Origin: Dicyema japonicum
Lineage: Eukaryota > Animalia > Dicyemida
Length of the DNA: 64,000 bases
Direction: 5' to 3'
Assembly (NCBI GenBank): GCA_011109175.1
Contig: RDEW01000056.1
Span: forward strand, 1 to 64,000
The notes beneath the pieces are model-generated. The model did no database searches, had not been told where the DNA came from, and saw only the letters and a program-made list of their open reading frames with translations. The position numbers were made by a program, and so were the translations under genes. The first letter of the stretch is position 1. The number at the start of each line of letters is the position of its first letter. Below are positions 60,309 through 64,000 of the stretch, in pieces.

Positions 60309-63060
60309 TTTGAACTTCTCCACCCCTTTACGTCCTTTGGATGGATGGCCTACCAATTTCAATTTGCTATTCCAGGCTGGTGACATCAAGCCTAACCCGT
60401 GTCCTGATTCCACGCTGGTCATTCTGCAACTCAATGTCAATGGAATCCGTAATAAAGTGCTGGAGCTACGTTCCCTCTTCTCCCGTTTGAAAATGGACAT
60501 TGCCATTATTCAGGAGTCTAACTCTCCAGGTCAGCCGCCACCCCACGCTTCCCTGGCTACAATATACTCCGAAAGGACCGGACAAGAAGTCTCGGTGGAG
60601 GATTATTGACGTTTGTTAGGGAGGGTCTTTTATTCACCGATATCACCCCGTTTGTATCTTTTCTTTGCGAAAGAGACCCTATTCTGGAACAAATCTCTAT
60701 TGAAGTTCCTTTCTCACCCTAAAGACGTTTTACACTATGTAATATTTATATTCCACCTCAAGTTCGTCGACTTCCCTTATCCGAAAGTATGTTCCAAACT
60801 TATTGAAACTTTTTGAACTGAAAGATCTGATATTACTCGGCGACCTAAATGGCAAACATCCACTCTGTCTCCGGACACAATCAGCCGACAGTGTGGTTTC
60901 AGAGCGTCCAACATCCCCGGACCTGTCTCTCTCCATATATTTCATGGAATGTTTGTTATGGTTTCTCAAGCGACCATAACCCCATTGTGTTGAGACTTAG
61001 AAGGCCTATTTGTTCACTGTGTTGTTCTACAAAGTTCAAAAATTATTTGAAGGCTGACTGGCAAGGTTTCAGAGCGTATGTGGACAATAGTCTCTTTGAC
61101 CTTACTATGGATAATTGTACAGTAGAGAAGACGGCCAAGATTCTGTCTGCTATCATTTTGAAAGCTGATAAACTATTTATACCTGTCGCCTCTTACAAGA
61201 AGTTCAATCCAAGATTATCATCGCAAATTGTGTCACTTATCAAGAAACGAGATGCGCTGAAGAGAAACAGAACGCAGTCCGATAACTCCTTTTACTCTAT
61301 ACTTTTACTGAATAACAAATTATCTGAACTAATAACAGACTCAAATGGAACTGTCTAGTTGGACGACTATGTCACAAATACTCTTGTGCCACATTTTGGA
61401 AAACGCTAAGAAGGATCAATAGCCTTATCAATGAGGAAGACTGCGGAACTGAAGTCGTTACCCGCAATGCTTCGGAACCCGCTCGCAAACTAGCAAACAA
61501 TATTATGAAGTACTACGTATCGATCAGCCATAAATTTTTTTTCTCGTTCTACACATGTTGAACGGCGCGGGCCGCAACAAAAACCGTATTCCATTTTCTT
61601 CACCTCCATGATGTTGACAAGGCTACTAAATTGCTACGTTCCACTCTTGCTTGTGGTCCCGACGGTATTTGCACTATTCATCTCAAACACCTTGGACCTC
61701 AGGCACGGCCAATACTATCAAGACTGTACAACAACGCTATCAACTACCATACGCTACCTAATATATGGAAGAATTCCCTGATTACGCCAATTCTAAAGCC
61801 TGGAAAACCAAAAGTTGTTCCCTCTTACCGTCTCAATAACTTGTGTTTCATCAAAAGTGCTGGAAAAACTTTTATTAATGCGTATATCTTCTGTTCTACA
61901 TCTACCAGAATTTCAACATGGTTTCAAAGCAGACCGTTCGTTTTTTTGGGTTCTATCTACCAGTTTATTACTGACGCCTTTAACATGAGAACACACTTAC
62001 GGTCTTAGTATCCATCGATATACAGAATGTCTTTGATTCTTATTCGAGGAAACTCCTAACGCAAAAGATTTTAAATTCGAGCTTACATCCGAACATCAAG
62101 CTATGGTTGGAAAATTTCTTAACTGGGCGACGCGGAAGGGTCCGGATTGAAAACCACTTCAAAATAAAGACTACTTCCCAATGGGGTCTCGCAAGGCTCT
62201 CCTTTATCTCATTTTCTTTTCAACCTATTTCTACATGACCTACCTACTACCAATGACCAGGACACTATGTTTTTATTTTATGCGGACGACCTAATTATCG
62301 ATGCAAGAGATAAATCTCCTTCCGTGGCTGTAGCAACCGTTCAGTCACATCTAAACCGGGCATGTGACTGGCTATCTGCAAAAATATTATGTGTGTCAGC
62401 ACCTAAATCCATGTTCATCATTTTCATTACTGATAGAAGATTTAAGGATGAACTCGAACTGTGTTTTTGAGATACTTCTATCCCTTCTACGCGGACCCAA
62501 AAGATCCTTGGGGTAGTTTTCGACTCTATGATGACCTTCTCGAGTCACGTGAAGGAGGTGCTTGTAAAGGGTCTTCGGAAATGGAACATTTTAAAAGCGA
62601 TCATAATGAAAAGCCCCTTCCCCCTTGCTGCTTGCGTCAAAAAGATCTACCAACTAGCCATTGTTCCTACTATTGAATATGCCTGCTCCGCCTAGAGATT
62701 TGCCATTCTCTCTTCGAGAATTGATCGTTTGAACTCTCTCAGGCGGAAAATTATGCACCACACTGACATATTCGTTTCTGAGGAGGCGACGTTGAAGAAT
62801 GGCCAGGGATTTTTATGTTTTTGCAAGGAACTGGGAAACTCATCCAAGGAAAAGGTGGCCCATGCAGAGGAATTTCGGTCGATTATAAAAAGTGCATGCC
62901 GATTGAATTCCTATGCAGAAGGAAGAGAAGGCGCATCCGGAATGTGGTTGGGTCATCAGAAGACCAGGCGAAGAGAGTTCGGATGTTGTTGGAAGGCTGG
63001 GATCACCTTAGTTTTGACCTATTATTCTTGGTGGTCTTAGAGTTAAATAAATAAAAAAAA
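60240..63060 (+). mobile_element. Near full-length degenerate Ingi/Vingi-like LINE
   Basis: Leader ..AGDIKPNPCP (decayed 2A); ILQLNVNG..IAIIQES..ILGDLN..SDH; GPDG; YADD; GGGATCAC 3' motif. Confidence 0.88.
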
Positions 63061-63065
63061 TAAAA

Positions 63066-64000
63066 TTGAAAATGAGAGATCCACGTCTACATAACATTGA
63101 CCGACTTCATTCGGTCGGATTCACAACCAAGCCGAGACACTTTAAAACAGTGCTCTGCTCGATTGCCATACATAAAGCTTTTGACTCAGTCTCGAGGAAG
63201 ATTCTATCGAGAAAAATATTTCAATCGGAGATCCCAGGGAAGCTAAAGCTTTGGATTACCAAAGCTTCCTAAGTGGACGAAGGGTACGTGTTTGTTTCGG
63301 AGGTCTGAAATCAATATCACGGAGTCCCTCAAGGATTTCCTTTATCCCCTGCTCTGTTTAACCTCTTTCTAGCTGATCTCCCGACTCTTGAATCTGATAT
63401 TGATGTTCTACTTTCTTATGCGGATATATTGTGTTAGTTTCGCGAGATCTGGACATCCAGAAGGCCACAAAAAGAATACAAATAAACCTGGACAGGTTTA
63501 ATAGCCGGATAATTGAAAACCGGCTCGTGGTGAATGCAAAGAAATCGTCTACTTCACTATTTACCTCTGACAAAAGATTGGGAAGGAAGACAGTCACCTT
63601 GAAGTTAAACAAAGTCGGCATTCCTTTCAACATATGTCAAAGGTTCTTGGGTGTGACAATTGATATGCATCTCTGTTTGACACCACACGTAGAAAACATT
63701 CTATTGAAATGAGATAAGAAATTGAACGTATTGAAAAAGTTTATCGGGAATATGAAGAGTGGTACTCACCTCGTCATTATGGATTTTCCACAATCCAATC
63801 AAATCAAAAAAGTTCTATACCACATGAAAGAGACTGTTTCATTTTTCAACTATAAAAAAGCAAACTGGAATGAATATTCAAAATACATCGATCAAGCTCT
63901 ACTAAACTTTGACATGATATTCCCTCAATAGATGAAGCTATTGACTTTTTGAACAAAACTATTCTCATGGCACGGAGAGCATTATTCCGTGTTGATCATT
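63066..64000 (+). mobile_element. Vingi-like RT fragment followed by another APE/linker fragment (runs off the window)
   Basis: IHKAFDSVSRK, GVPQG, SYAD, QRFLGVTIDMHL; FNYKKANWNEY. Confidence 0.8.

Overview
AT-rich eukaryotic (animal) genomic window. Compact host genes with ultrashort GT-AG introns (21-27 nt) sit in a dense transposon field. The intron size, metazoan gene content (multi-CTLD lectin, TGFBRAP1) and a cilium-associated gene (MORN3) fit a dicyemid mesozoan best; this is an inference and is not proven. Recognised host genes: AP-2 sigma, MORN3, MED7, SHQ1, TGFBRAP1/VPS3, a divergent 14-3-3 and a C-type lectin receptor. Three further genes are unidentified, including a thrice-duplicated S/T-P-rich repeat protein. 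Roughly 60% of the window is TE-derived: Ingi/Vingi-like LINEs, RTE-like LINEs, CRE and R4/Dong-like RLE retroelements, and hAT (Buster/SPIN-like), pogo/Tigger, MULE and Tc1/IS630-like DNA transposons. Most interesting signals: (1) Vingi-like 5' ends combine an HDV-like ribozyme fold with an overlapping leader peptide that ends in a 2A skipping motif. (2) A D35E Tc1-like element has Foldback-style arms made of 21-bp arrays. (3) RTE 5' termini are the reverse complement of an RTE 3' coding segment. (4) A 9.3-kb four-level nested TE stack is supported by TSDs. (5) A LINE-mediated inversion splits a Buster transposase. Single-base indels in homopolymers occur even in conserved genes, so the assembly is probably error-prone and many frameshifts may be artefacts. 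All family assignments come from motif recognition by eye; no database searches were run.
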